In this document: one piece after another, positions 12,228 to 26,257 of the stretch
How positions within the stretch are numbered: the stretch's first letter is position 1
Layout of the letters: each line of letters starts with the position of its first letter
NCBI GenBank assembly: GCA_030390025.1
Contig: CM059438.1
Location: 68,636,001-68,700,000, forward strand
Length of the DNA stretch: 64,000 nt
Direction of reading: 5' to 3'
DNA from: Squalus acanthias
Taxonomy: Eukaryota
Made by a program: the position numbers and the translations under genes
The notes under the pieces: generated by a model
The model's database searches: none
Seen by the model: only the letters and a program-made list of their open reading frames with translations
What the model was told of the DNA's origin: nothing

Positions 12228-12480
12228 AAAGAAAAAAAGAAAGACGTGCATTTATATAGCGCCTTTCACAACCTCAGGACGTCCCAAAGCGCATTACAGC
12301 CAATGAAGTACTTTTGAAGTGTAGTCACTGTTGTAATGTAGGAAATATGGCAGCCAATTTGCACATAGCAAGCTCCCACAAACAGCAATATGATAATGAC
12401 CAGATAATCTGTTTTTAGTGATGTTGATTGACGGATAAATGTTGGCCAGGGCACTGGGGATAACTCCCCTGCTCTTCTTC
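12228..12480 (-). mobile_element. Deu-type SINE (SacSINE1/AmnSINE-like), 3' part
   Basis: Reverse strand ends GCGCTTTGGGACGTCCTGAGGTTGTGAAAGGCGCTATATAAATGC plus a TCTT-rich tail; the same tail type ends the L2 at 49630; body matches 21340-21707. Family name from memory of the consensus. Confidence 0.75.
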
Positions 12481-13841
12481 AGGGACAGACGTGATGGGGC
12501 TAATGTCCTTCCCCTGTAACTAAAATAGTTTATGTCCTTATGCCTCCCATTCTTACAGCAAACAAAATTCCAATATTCTGTTCAGTCTATTTTACACGCC
12601 TCTTTCATTCTGTCTCTGTTTGTCTCTCTTAGTTATTTTATCCTGCACATTCTTGTCCATTTTTACTTTTTGCTTTGTTTTCCTGATTCCCTTGTTTCTG
12701 TTTCACTCGGTTATTTCCATGTCATCAATTTTATTGTGCATGTCCTCCCCTCATTTTCTGCTACTGTGCCTGCAAATTGCAAACCTTGGGTCACCTCATT
12801 TGTGCCGGTAGATACTGCCATTGCAAACTCCTGCCAGCCTCTACTTCTGTTCCTGCCACTCCTTTGAGATTGTATTTTGAAGATGCAAAACATGCTACTC
12901 TTTACTTTAATCATGTTAGAAATAATTGAGAATCACTAAAACCAATACTGATTTGAACCGAGATAAAAGTTTTGAGACAATTCTTTATTAAATGCATACA
13001 ATGTTTGAACCTGTAAGTAGGGTGATACACAGCCAGCCAGGGTGCTTTAAAGGTATCCTTTTTGCTGTTGAATTCACCGTTGGTGCACTCAGAGTAATAG
13101 CACACATAGGCCCAATTAATATTCTTAAATTGCCTTAGTTGATGGCCTGTTAGCTAAAGCATCGGATTGTTAGCCACAGGATGGGAATGAGCGTATCCAG
13201 CATGAGACATCTGGATACTCCTGTGCTAAGATCAATTATTGAGGTTAGTGTACACATGGACAGATTCATGAGCTCACTGGACCACCACTGACTCCGAAAA
13301 GCAACACGCTGAACCATCGCGGAAGCCAGATGCATATTCGATAAGCAGCACAGTTGCTTGGGTGCGTGATCAGCTAAATACCACAAACCGTATCACTGAA
13401 CAAATACTGAGATAAAGGGAAGTTATTTCTCCCAGACAGGGTCACCTCCAACCAAACCCGACGTGAGGGCTACAACATTTTTGGTGACAAATAAAAGACG
13501 TGGGGGGGGGAGCGGGGGCTAAACTCGATAGCCCCCGAAAATGGGCGCGGGGATCGCGATGCACGATTAACCCGCGCCCGTTCGATGTAATGCAGGCAGC
13601 ACGGCATTTTCATCCTGCCTGCTCAATGACATGATTTCTGCATCCAGCCAGTGCTAACCGCACTGCTGATTGGCTGCACGCATCAGCAAGGGGGCCCAAA
13701 ATCGATACTTGCTGGCATTACTTCAACCAACCTGGACTGCTTAAAGCTAGCCTGCACCTCTTAAAGGGGAGGTGCATTCTGGCTGGAGTAGGTGCTGGGA
13801 GTCCTCGTGTGAGCTGAATCTGACCTGGGAAAGACAGAAGA

Positions 13842-15740
13842 ATGGCTGAACACGGGAAAGAGCGGGCACCCAGGTTTTCCGACGCTGCACTGGAGGTCTA
13901 TCTACAGGGGGCCAGGAGCCCCTCCGGACATATGGTGAAATGACAGTGGGAGCAGGTAGCCGCTGAGGTTAATGTCAGGTGTCTAGCCTGAGGACCTGGG
14001 TGCAGTGCCACAAAAAAGTTTAATGACCTCACACGAGCGGTCAAGGAATGCATCTTCAAATGCCATATCCTACCACCTGCACCACTAGAGCAGCCACTGC
14101 TTAGATCACTACGCCCCCATCACTCACCTACCAGTAATCTCTATCAATCAGGACTCATACCTACCATGCATATGCTTTACCTCACCCTCACACACTTAGC
14201 ACTGTTGTAAGCCTCACATCCACATCTCACAGTTTGCGCACACTGCCAGCTATTCAACCATGACAGCCACATCACCCAAACATATTGCACCACACTCACT
14301 GACACACTTCCCTGTCTCTTGCAGGAGAAGGTGGCGCACAACCAGAGGCAGCAGGAACTAAGTGGAGGGGGAGAGGTGCAGCTGCATGCTCTAAGCCCCA
14401 TGGAGGAGACGGTGCTGGCAATTATTGGAAGGGCCGTTGCTGAGGTGGTGGCCAGCGGCGGGGCTGAAACCATCGAAGATGACGGTATCCTCATACCTAA
14501 ACCTCCTTCTCACATCCCACTTTCTCCTCATCCCACAATCTCTTCTGACTTACAAGCTGCAGATGGAGTAAGCATGTACCTCTTACTAACCACCCCCCAC
14601 TCCCCACCCCCCGCCTCCCCTCACCACAACCTTAGTCTTGTGCCTTTGTCCTTTCAAATACCTCAGAAGTGCAACCTGGCCAGGCAGTCGAGGAAGACCA
14701 AGAACAGAGTGATGATCAAGACAGACCTTCACTTGATTTCACCTTGGTAGCCATCAGCTCACATGCTGATGCTGCACGTATCTTAGAGGATAGACTAGAG
14801 GCAGGATCTGCACGTTGTGAGACACCGGGCACAAGCCAGGGCAGGGGGCGAGGATAGCGCAGGTGCCAACTCGCCGGAGGGCGCGGTCGCACGCGAGTTC
14901 TTCGGCAGAAGACTCAGATGAGGACTTTGATGGCTACAGAAGAAGGCTGATTGGTGTACGCAACTAAATGCTCGGTGCATTGGGAAGCCTGCCAGAAAGC
15001 CTGCGTTCAACGTCAAGGAGCTTGGAGGAGTCCGGCACCAACTTGGCACAGGGCTTTGCGCAGAGCTTGGAGCCCATCCTTTCCAGCACGGAAGTGGTGG
15101 CCAACTCCATCAACACACTCATGGACCCAACCAAGATTCAGTGTTTGAAGGCCAATGTCTTAGCTTCTATTGCCGCACAAGTACCTTCCGCCAAAAGTCT
15201 TAGTGCTGCAGAGGAAGCTCAGACTGAAGTCATGCAATGCTGTCATGCAAGTTCAGACTGTTGTCATGCAAGCTCAACTTGCTGCCATGCAAGCTCAGAC
15301 TGGTGTCATCATGGCTGTGGATACCAGTGTTCAAAGGGGCTTGTAGGGTATCACAGCAGTCCAGCAATCTGTCCTCCAACAGATTACTAGGATTGTTGAG
15401 GCGCCGCCCCAGGAGAGTGGCAGTAGCTCTGTGGAGCACGAACCTGCTGTCTTCTCTCAAGATGACAGCATTCGTCCTCCCACCCCAACACTCCGCCAGT
15501 GCCCTTGTTGTTGCCTCTCAGCCAGCCTGCCCAAACAGCTGGCACCCAGGCCGAGATGGTGTAGTCTGAAGCCAGGACTTCTAGGCCCAGAGCTGCTCGA
15601 GGTCATTGTCCAAGGCCAGCTGCTGTCTCCTCCACTGAAAGTCAGCAGCCTTCCACCAGCCATGCAGTAGCCACTTGGGTAGCACTGCATAGGAGCACTA
15701 GAACAGGCAAAGGCACTAAGGGGATGCACCAGGATGATTA
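13842..15740 (+). pseudogene. Harbinger Myb/SANT-like DNA-binding protein gene, 3 exons (about 13842-14045, 14325-14484, about 14660-15740)
   Basis: MAEHGKERAPRFSDAALEV..., W.QC.KKFNDL; acceptor TCTTGCAG|GAGAAG; exon 2 EKVAHNQRQQELSGGG; donor G|GTATCC; stops and frameshifts present. Confidence 0.8.
15215..15310 (+). repeat. 21-bp coding tandem repeat (about 4 copies)
   Basis: CAAGCTCAGACTGNTGTCATG-like units, read as QAQTAVM-like heptads. Confidence 0.8.
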
Positions 15741-15774
15741 GTTTATGTTTGTATATATTCCATGTTAGCGGATA

Positions 15775-17190
15775 TTGTTAACGGTTCTCTCTCCTCCAGT
15801 AATGTCCCCCTTTCCTTCAAATTTGCCGTCATCACCCCTCTCAAAAAAACACCCCTGCGCCCTTGCAAACTATCGCCCCATCTCCAACCTCCCTTTCCTC
15901 TCCAAAGTTCTTGAACGTGTTGTCACCTCCCAAATCCATGTCTATCTGTCCCAGAACTCCTTGTTTGAATCCCTCCAATCAGGTTTCCGCCCCGCCACAG
16001 TACTGAAACTGCTCTTACCAAGGTCACAAATAACATCCAAATTGACTGCAACAAAGGTAATCTATCCCTTCTCGTCCTTCTGGACCTGTCTGCAGCCTTT
16101 GACATGGTTAACCACAAAAATCTGCTGGATGGGACTGCACTCACCTGGTTTCATTCCTATCTTTCCAACCGTAACCATAGAATCACCTGAAATGGCTTCT
16201 CTTCCCGATCCCGCACTGTCACCTCTGGTATCCCCCAAGGATCTCTCCTTGGCCCCCTCCTATTTCTCATCTACATGCTGCCCCTTCGTGACATCATGCT
16301 GCCCCTCGGTGACATCATCCGGCAACACAACATGAGTTTTCACGTGTAAGCTGGTGATACCCAGCTCTACCTCTCCTCCACCTCTCTCGAACCCTCCGCC
16401 ATCTCTATACTATCAGACTGCTTGTCCGACATCCAGCACTGGATGAGTAGAAATTTCCTCCAATTAAATATCGGGAAGACCGAAGCATTGTCTTCGGTTC
16501 ACACCACAAACTCCATTCCCTTTCCACTGATTCGAGCTCTCTCCCCGGCAACTGTCTAAGGCTGACCAAGTCTGTTTACAACCTTGGGGTCATATTTGAT
16601 CATGAATTGAGCTTTCTACCTCATATCTGTTCGATCACTAAGACTGCCCATTTCCACCTTCGTAATATCGCTCATCCTCCGCTCTTACCTCAACTTATCT
16701 GCTGCTGAAACCCTCATCCATGTCTTTATCACCTCTAGACATGACTATTCCAATGCACTCCTCCTGGCCTCCCAAGTTCTACCCTCCATAAACTTGAGGT
16801 CATCCAAAACTCTGCCACCCATGTACTAACTCGCACCAAGTCCCACTCACCCATCTCCCCTGTGCTTGCTGACCTACATTGGCTCCCAGTTGAATAACAC
16901 CTCGATTTTAAAATTCTCATCTTTGTTTTTAAATGCCTCCATGGCCTCGCCCCTCATCATCTCTGTAATCTCCTCCAGCCCTATAATCCCCCTCGACATC
17001 CCCAATTTTAAATGCTCCACCATTGGTGGCCGTGCCTTCAGCTGCCTCGGTCCTCAGCTCTGGAATTCCCTCCCTAAATCTCTCCGCCTCTCTGCTTCTC
17101 TTTCCTTCTGTAAGACTTTCCTTAAAACCTACCTCTTCAACCAAGCTTTTGGTCATCTGCCCTAACATCTTATAAGGCTCGGTGTCAAAT
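15775..17190 (+). mobile_element. L2-clade LINE fragment (RT and C-terminus), decayed
   Basis: [60 protein letters not shown] over several frames; 21-bp local duplication near 16274-16318. Confidence 0.88.
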
Positions 17191-18087
17191 TTTAGCAGAA
17201 ACGTGCTTTAGGACACCAATGGTCTGCTCTATCACATTTCTTGTGGCAGCATGGCTCTCATTGTATGCCTGCTGCACATGTGTGCATGGGTTGTGAACTG
17301 ACGTCATGAGCCATGTTGTCAGTGGATAGACCTTGTCACCCAGTAGCCACCCTTTGGTTTGCCGTGGTGGCTGAACTACAGCTGGCACAGTGGACTGCCG
17401 CAGAATGAAGGCATCATGACTGCTGCCAGGATACCGGGCACTGACCTGCTTGGTGCTCTAACTATGGTCACACACCATTAGGATGTTGAGGGAGTGGAAT
17501 CCGTTTTGGTTCTGGTTCATGGCAGAGTTGACCTGCAGCGCCCACAAAGCAATGTGGGTGCATTCAATGGCACCCTGCACCATGGGGAAGCCTGCAATCC
17601 CAGCAAACCCTCATGCTCGCTCCGCCTGCTGCTCTCTGGCAAGAGAGAATGAGATGAAGTTAGCTCTCTTTGAATAGAGAGCCTTCATTATGCAACAGTG
17701 GATGGCAAACTATGAGATGTTGCTAATATCTCCAGCACCAGCCTGGAAGGACCCAGATGCATAAAAGTTCTTCGCCATGGTCACGTTGACAGCCACTGGA
17801 AATGCGGTCCTTCCCCTGCTCTGAGGTTGGAGTTGTGGCTGCAGCAGTTTGTAGATTTCAGTGAGGAGCTCCTTAATGAGGCACAGATGTCTCGCACATT
17901 GTTCTTCGCTGAGGTTCAGGTAGGAGAATTGCTCCCTGAACACCCTGGATGGATACGGCCTCCTGCTGAGAGCCCTTCTCCCCCTCCTCCTCCTCCCTCT
18001 TCTAGCAGCTTGTCCTGCTCTGCGTGGCCTCTGCTCATTCTCCCAGTCATGCTCTATTCCAAGGGGAATTCCTACTCGTGCACCCAT
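17185..18087 (-). pseudogene. PIF/Harbinger DDE transposase (HARBI1-like family), frameshifted and 3'-truncated by the L2
   Basis: FYASGSFQ, VQGAIECTHIAL, NGFHSLN, GWLLGDKVYPL, YNESHAATRNVIEQTIGVLK. Confidence 0.9.
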
Positions 18088-18806
18088 GTCTGGCAGCAAC
18101 TGGTTTGTGCAGAAACCTTGAAGTCAGCAAAAAGTACTTCAGCACCTGCCACGCTACTCCCCGTAGACTTTTGAAACTTGAAACAATTATGGAAAGCACC
18201 AAAAACAGGTAGAATCGTAGCAACAGCCAGAAAAAATTTGTTGATGATTGATGATCCCTTTAAATAGCTGGTTGGGGGTGGGGGTGGGGGGGTCTTTCCT
18301 GCTGCTGAACGCGTGTTCAGCTGTGCGAGCTTAAGAGAGGGCGGCGACTGGACCGTTGAGCTCCAAAATGGCAGCGCTGGCATCAAATCAGCATTGCACG
18401 CTGATTGACGTCATGATCTGCCTGTTCTGCATACTTCGGGTGGACGTTTACTGCGCGTGCGCTAACACCTGTACAAAGATGGCGCCCGGTGCATTTTGTG
18501 TCACATGTGTGCGCGTGTGCCGCGGACACCATTTTGGAACTCTAAGGGCAGTCGTAGCACCCAAAAAACGGGCGCTACTAAGCCCAATTTCTCGCCCATC
18601 ATTTGCGTTGAAGACACTTTGGTCCTGGAATTACAACATGGGATGAGAGTGTATGAACACACTCATCTGAAATGCCTCTCTCTGCTATTCTGTCAGAGGT
18701 GGTAATCTATTAAAAAATAAATTAGTCAGCATCTCTGCTGAAATAGCAGAGAAGGCATTTCAAAGACTTATACGTCTGTATCCTATAATATCAATTCAAG
18801 ACCCGA

Positions 18807-20407
18807 GGGGGAAAAATTCGTTCTCGCCCGGAAATCAGTCGGTGTCCTCACCAACTGCCGTTAACGGCCGCCCGAAATGGCCGCCGCGCTAAACGAGTTA
18901 AATTGGTGTGGGGGGTCATGGTGGTAGGTGGCGCAGCGCTATCCTTAGGTGCAACGCCGTCCTGGTGGCGTTGCACGAGGGATCTGGGACCAATTTGTAG
19001 TCTTGGTGCGGCGTTGCTGCTTCCCCGAGCGTCTGTGTGCAAGGCTGTGAAGCTCGCAATGCATTGTGGGCAGTGAGCAGCTCTGAAATTTAAAGGGGCC
19101 ATACACACTGAAGCAAGAGACAATAAAATGCACTGATTCAATACATTTTTCAGCCCTTTCTGTCTTTTAACAAATAATCAATATTTAAAAGAAGTTCCAA
19201 ATGTCAATATTCAGCACTTAAAGCGGAATTACCTCCCTAAACTCAACAAATGGGAAAACTGCCTCAGCACTACCACGAATGGCTCAGCAAGCCAGTAGAG
19301 GGGCACCCAGGGTCTCGCCCACAGTACTCCAGCTTTGTGCAGGGGGTCAACACTGCAAGACTGGCCCTCTACCCACAGGGGCCAGGAGGCCCTCCAGAAA
19401 GAACGATGTGGGAGTACATTACCAAGGCCGTCACTGCCAGAATTGTTGCCCTCACCACCTGGCCCCAGTGCCCAAAGAAGCTTCATGACCTCAGACCACT
19501 GGTCAAGGTCAGTGAATGCATCTTCAAAAACCATCACCTACCAACTGCACCACTAGCCTCACACACTGCTCAATGCACAACCCCCAATCACTCACCTACC
19601 AACAATCTGCACCAATGACGAGGCACATCTCCCATTCCTAGCATCACCTCACACCCTTGGAGGAGACGGTGCAGGCCATTCTTGGCAGGGGCATGGCTGA
19701 GCCCTTGGCCAGCGGCGCAGCTGAAAGGATACAAGATGCGGGTATCCTCGTATGTTATCCTCCTTCTGGAATGCACCTCTAGGCTTCCCGCCCTCCCGTC
19801 AGCACAACTCCACCCTTGTGCCTTCCTCGTTTCACACACCCAAGAATTGCAGCCTGCCCAGCCAGTGGGACCGCAGGCGGATGATTCCATCCCGGATATC
19901 CCAGCCACAAAGGGGCTGTCTGGGATGCATCCTTCCATCTGATTCCTCCTCTTCTGCGTCTTCCTCTTCTGCGTCTTCCTCTTCCCTCTGCAAGCGGACG
20001 CTGTAAATGTGAAATGACAGCGTAAAATGCTGCAAATACTCAGTTGGTCAGGCAGCATGTCGACCTGAGACATGAACTCCACGGATGTTGCGTGACCTGC
20101 TGAGTATTCGCGGCATGTTCTGTCTTCTCAAAGGCGTTCACTTACCATCCGAGCTCTTGCAAGCGTCCGGCAGTACTCCCAAAACATTTAAAACACTTTT
20201 CACACCTATTGCAGCAAGCCACCATTTCAATAAAATAAAAAAAAACAGTCTAAACCATTCCATTAAAACTTACCTGATTGACAGCTCAAAAGGGGCGACC
20301 AATATGGTGGCCGCCGCCGGGATCGCCTCCAGTAAGAGCGGCAGCCGCCATTTTGTCATGCATCGCTCGCGCTACCGGGTGGCGGTAAGGACATCAATTT
20401 CCCGCCC
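18807..20407. mobile_element. Internally deleted Harbinger derivative (AAATT-end group) retaining Myb-gene exon remnants
   Basis: Ends GGGGGAAAAATT / AATTTCCCGCCC; 19340-19750 homologous to 13880-14500 (TTWPQCPKKLHDL, LEETVQAILGR); 15-bp EEEDA-coding repeat at about 19945-19985 on the minus strand. Confidence 0.8.
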
Positions 20408-21339
20408 TAGGAGTTCCTGTGCGCTTAATCATTTGATCTACGCCAGACTGAGACCTGGGTCAAATTCAGATTCTTTTCCCGTTGTCTACCTTTGGATCTG
20501 ATTTGGGTCTTGAGCCCAGTGCCAACCTCCCCCGAAGTATTTTTAACTCTGAATCCGAGACCTCATTGATTTTTGAACGAAATCTGTTCTTTTTGTGCAC
20601 CTTTTTTCAGTTCTCACCAAGGCCAGTAGATGGGGCACTTTACTAGGAAGGGAAAAGGAGGCATTGGGCAGCAAAACAGTGGGAGAGCCGATTGATGGAG
20701 CAGGAGGAGGGTAGGGGGCAGAAGGGAAGTAAGTTTGAAGGGAGTTCATCCAACAGGCAACTTTTGCAACTGATTAAACAAAAGTTGGGAGGCTTTCACT
20801 TTGACAGTTCTGAATGGCAGATTTAACTGTTGTTGAAAGATTATTTTTTTTTAAAATAGGTCAAGTAGTGAACAGCGTCTTCTCAATGCAATTCAAAATG
20901 CACCAGATTCGAGTTGGAGCCACGCACTGACATTTGATTTGTCTGGTTCTTGCGAGTTGACAGTCTGTGATTTAATGAAGGCTTATTGTGCTTTGCATAA
21001 ACAAACACAAACAGAGTAACATCTGCAGTGCACAAACAGATTCGCAGATTCAATTATGCAAAACAGCAGCTGAATATCATGCAAAGAGTCCTCAATTAAA
21101 ACAGCTTGGAAGAGGTAAATAGCATCCAAATGTTTTTTACTCCAGCTTCTATCGCATAGCCATTTCTAATGGAAGCAATTTGACAATATACGAGCCATCG
21201 TGCTTTCTTTAGGAACGGTCAACAGCCGAGCAGCTGCACGTGCTCGGAATTTGTCTGTGACATTCCCATTCTGCCCGTGGAGCGGTCCCCGAGTCATCGG
21301 CTGGTCCTTAGAGGGCAGCAGTGTGAAAGAAAAATAAAA

Positions 21340-21707
21340 AGGACTTGCATCACGTCTTGTCACATTCACAGGATATTCTGAAGCACTTCACAGCCATTTA
21401 ATTGCATTTTTTGCATGGTCCCGCAGACAGCAGATGAGGTGAAGGACCAGTTAATCTGTTTTTGATGATGTTGGTTGAGGGAGAAACATTAATCAGAACA
21501 GTGGGCCAACTCCCGATTCCTCTTCAAATATTGCCACGCTATCTTTCATGCCAACCCGAACAGGCAGCGTTGGCATCAGTCTAACGCCTCACCCGAAAGA
21601 CGGCACTTCTGGCAATGCAGGACTCCACTGAGCTTTTGTGCTTGAGTTCTGAAGTGAGACTCACAACCTTCTGACTCAGAGGCAAGAGTGGTGCTAACTG
21701 AGCCAAA
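21340..21707 (-). mobile_element. tRNA-headed Deu-type SINE, near full length, diverged
   Basis: Reverse strand starts TTGGCTCAGTTAGCACCACTCTTGCCTCTGAGTCAGAAGGTTG (A-box-like); body homologous to 12228-12480. Confidence 0.7.
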
Positions 21708-23559
21708 GTTGGCTTCTGAAAACGGCATTGCTAGTCGATATTGGAGGGATTGGGAATAAAATGGCCGCCCTCAACGACAGGTGCCGCTGATAGCAGCGCT
21801 GTCCCTTTGTCACCAGAACAAAATTGACTCTTGAGCCTGGCTTGTGAAGGCAGGTAGGCTGTTTGAGTTGTAAGGCACTTTCATGCTCCCTTTTGTCAGC
21901 TCCAATTTCAGGGTGACATTCTGTGTTACGGCTGCCTGCGTTTCTGTCGCTGCCTCGCTCTGATCTCTGTGTCGGTGTATCGGAGACTTGTTGGGGACGG
22001 GCCTGGGGAACAGTGTGTTGTTTCTAATTTGATCCAGCAGGGAGGCTGCTGAGCCGAGCCCGTTCATCGTCATGCTTGTGCTGTGATGCTGTTGTGCATC
22101 ACAATGCCCTGAACCAACTCACGGGCCACAGGAGGAGGTTCTTGCTCCAAAAGGCAGAGCGGGAGGTCAGTGAAACAATGGGCCTGCACTAGCCTGAGCA
22201 GTAATAATACGGATTGTAAGGCCACTGCTGTAAGCAGCTCTCAGCATTCTGTTCAGGCTGTTTATAATATAATGTAAATGACGATTTTGAACGTTGTGTG
22301 ATCAACAACTGATATTAAGTAGTTTCAACAAAGTAAGCAGTTCCAAATGAATACATCAATTTTATATCCCTGTTTAGTTTCCTTGGACACAGACCAACAA
22401 GTCCATGGAGGCTCTTATCTCCTGGACTGATTGAGTTTGTTTGCTTTCAGTTTATCCAGGCTGGTGCTAAAAATAACACATATTAAAGTAATAAATCTAC
22501 TCAAACACCAGAAATAGCTTTATTACTGTAAAATTAAACCACTAAATCTAAAATATATACTTAAGACATAATTTTGAGTGGAGGTACTTGAGTTTTGCTT
22601 CCCTTGCCATCCATATTTTTCCCTCATTCTTTCTCCCTATTCTCTGTATTATTATAATTTTTAAAATGTTATTTCCGCCATATTTAACTTGCTCTAGGTT
22701 TCTGAGCGCTTTATTTTAAAGAAAAATGTTTATGGTTTCCATCTTGCTTCTGGTTTCTACCACCATTTCGCAGGTGGGAGGAAATGTTGGAAAGCTGAGT
22801 TTTCACTGGCTGAGAATTAACTTTAACAGCGGATGTTTCAGCCTGGACATGAAAGTCAATTGCAATCAGATCAAGCTTCAACAGGTCTTTTTGTAGCATA
22901 TCAAACCAGAGGAGTGCTGCTTAATGACCATACTATCACCATTCCTTCTCACAACTGTGTGTGTGGATGACTAAACGCATCGAGATGTTCCAGGGGTTGA
23001 AGGAAGACATTTCTAGAAAGTACCCTTTCCTTCTGTGCTATTCATTCTACAGCTTGTCAGTGAAATAGCATATTTACATTGCAGCTACTAGCCTGAGACT
23101 GGTAAGTACAGTTCAGATTTCAGCTGTTCAATGCTCTTTTCACATTACTTGGCGTCTGCCTGACTAGAACCTTTAATTATCCTGCCCAGGAGAGAGCTGT
23201 GTGGATTAATGGATGCACGTATGTGCTGAGCTCTCTCTCAACAGTTCAAAATGCAGTGTCTAGAGAGTGGGGATGGGGAGAATCCTTGCTTTCTAGACAT
23301 TTAAGCTTAGGTCTGACCAGTTTTTTAAAAAAGTGCCAAGGGGTCCAACATACCTACTGAGCACTTTATAAACCAGGTTTGGCCCTGTGCTGGATTTACA
23401 CTCCATGCAGTGTCAAACCCAAGTGGAGCAAGACTCCCTTGTCCAGGGACATTCACGTCTCATAGCTCCGAGGTCAGGTCAAGCCCTTGACTCTGCACCA
23501 ACAATGAAAGTTTAGCTTCAGTGCGGACCAGAAAGCAGACTACACTGATGTGAAACTTA

Positions 23560-24481
<922 letters not shown>

Positions 24482-25179
24482 TTAGACTAACAATCCCACC
24501 CATAGTTGCTCTGGGTTTGGGAAGCTCATGTCACCTGTCCTTCATTTCTTCTGTCGTGATTTCAGTCTAGAAATTCAGGCCTGTTTTAGGTGTGCAATCA
24601 ATGTAATCTGGGCAGAAGGAGGACATTGGGGAAGATGCCAACTCTGCTCTCTTTTCTGGCCACCTGGAGAATTTCTATCATCTTCACTCCCCCCCCCCGC
24701 TCCCCATTCAGCCCCTACCCTGCTATGATCTCACATTTGGAGGCAGCACTGACAGAATGCTGGTAAATCCCACCAGTTCCTCCCAGTACACGGCCAACAG
24801 AATGTATACTTGCATGATGCAGACCTGCTTACCGTACAACAGCTGTAAATGGGGCCCACAGTGCCATATTCCACTGGTAATAGATGCCATTAGAAAAGCA
24901 GCATATCAGGACAAAAATCTGTCTTGTTGGTCAGTTTGGCCAGATGGGCCAATGCCCATCCCACCCCAACCCCCAACGATGTAGCACTGTGCCGTTCAGA
25001 CATTCTGGAGTACCCTTGTAACCTCTTATGTAAGTGATCCCAAGGTCATCATCAAGGCACACTTGCAAGCAGAAGTCGCACCTTGCTGCACTTTCAGCAG
25101 TGCAGCTCCTGGACTAGGACTTTAGACCTTATTTTCCCTGGTTGGGTTGTCATTGACGAGGCATCATCCGTTTAAAATG

Positions 25180-25700
25180 ATCAATACAAGAGTGAAGAGA
25201 GATGTTAGGAGACATTTCTTGAAGCAGAGAATTGTTATATCATGGATTTGTCAATCTCAAGGGTTGGTTGAGGTACAGGCCATTGCACTTTAAAAAGGGA
25301 AGAATAGATTAAGATTTGAATCAGAGGAAGATACTGGGCTATGAGGAGAGAGTGAGGCAGTCATGCACAAAAGAGACAGAGTCAAGCTTCTAGACTCCTG
25401 CTGGATTTTTTACCCTTTTTCAGTGGCATGAAATCCCAGAAAGACATGAAGATTCTCGCCACTCTGTCTGGTAACCCTTGGAGGAGAAAAGTAGGATGGG
25501 TGTGCGGTCGGGAAAATGAATAGAGATGGGATTGCAAAAGTAAATCAGAACACAAAAAGATCGTAAGCAGTGGATAGGAATGGTTGGTGGCAACCCAGAA
25601 AGGAACTGGACCCGTGACTCAAGTAATCTCTTTGACTTCAGAGATGTTGCAGAGCAGGCTCGAGGGGCTGAATGGCCTACTGCTGTTCCTATGTTCAGGA
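25180..25700 (+). mobile_element. Old CR1 3' remnants
   Basis: Degenerate ORF2 C-terminus at about 25180-25360; GCAGGCTCGAGGGGCTGAATGGCCTACT..CCTATGTTC tail module at about 25650-25696. Confidence 0.55.
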
Positions 25701-26257
25701 ATAAATGAATATCAATGGGCTGCAGTTTGGGAGATAAGAGATACCTATTGCACATTTCAAATAAAGTGTTCCTTTTCAACTAAATAGTTGTATTATAGAA
25801 TCATTGCAGGTTAACAAGGCTGGAAATGATTTTAGACGTAAATTCCATTAAAAGTTTGTCCTTTAGCCTCCTACAGAGTTCGCTAATTGTGGTTGACAGA
25901 TGTACCCTTATCTGTTGTTTTGCACATTTTAACTTATTCCACCTTCCAGCTGACTAATTTTATTGAAGAAATCATTTGGATCTTTGCTGAAAATTAATTG
26001 ATTGCACTCTATTCATGTTCATTTACTGTGAAGAAATGAGCCATCGGTTCAGATTCTCAGGAAAACTAGCTTTGTGCTATTTTGAGTACTTTGGGTGTGC
26101 TCTATGGTGCATCACTGGTCAGTCCAGGAATTGCAGCAGAAAAAGAGAGAGCAGAAACTCCTGCTTTCCCTTGAAAATTGAATGCCTGTGTTGATGGCAT
26201 TTAGGGCATCCTGTACATTGGCAGTAGAGCAACACAGATTCAGAAAACCCAGTTAAT

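Larger units (their letters stand above)
13514..18597. mobile_element. Decayed autonomous-type PIF/Harbinger transposon with convergent Myb/SANT-like and transposase genes; L2 inserted in the middle
   Basis: Ends GGGGGCTAAACTC / AATTTCTCGCCC; both genes are recognisable (see next entries). Confidence 0.85.

Noticed and set aside
12532..12867. Hydrophobic 111-aa ORF resembling a membrane protein
   Set aside because: Explained by T-rich low-complexity composition; no motif or splice support.
15215..15310. Cys/His-rich CCHASS repeat peptide in ORF 14968-15390
   Set aside because: Off-frame reading after a small deletion; the QAQTAVM frame continues the upstream sequence.
17185..18087. Possible domesticated HARBI1 gene
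   Set aside because: Frameshifted, truncated by an L2, enclosed by TIRs and paired with a broken Myb gene; it is a dead transposon.
21640..21707. tRNA gene
   Set aside because: SINE head with a degenerate B box and no full cloverleaf.
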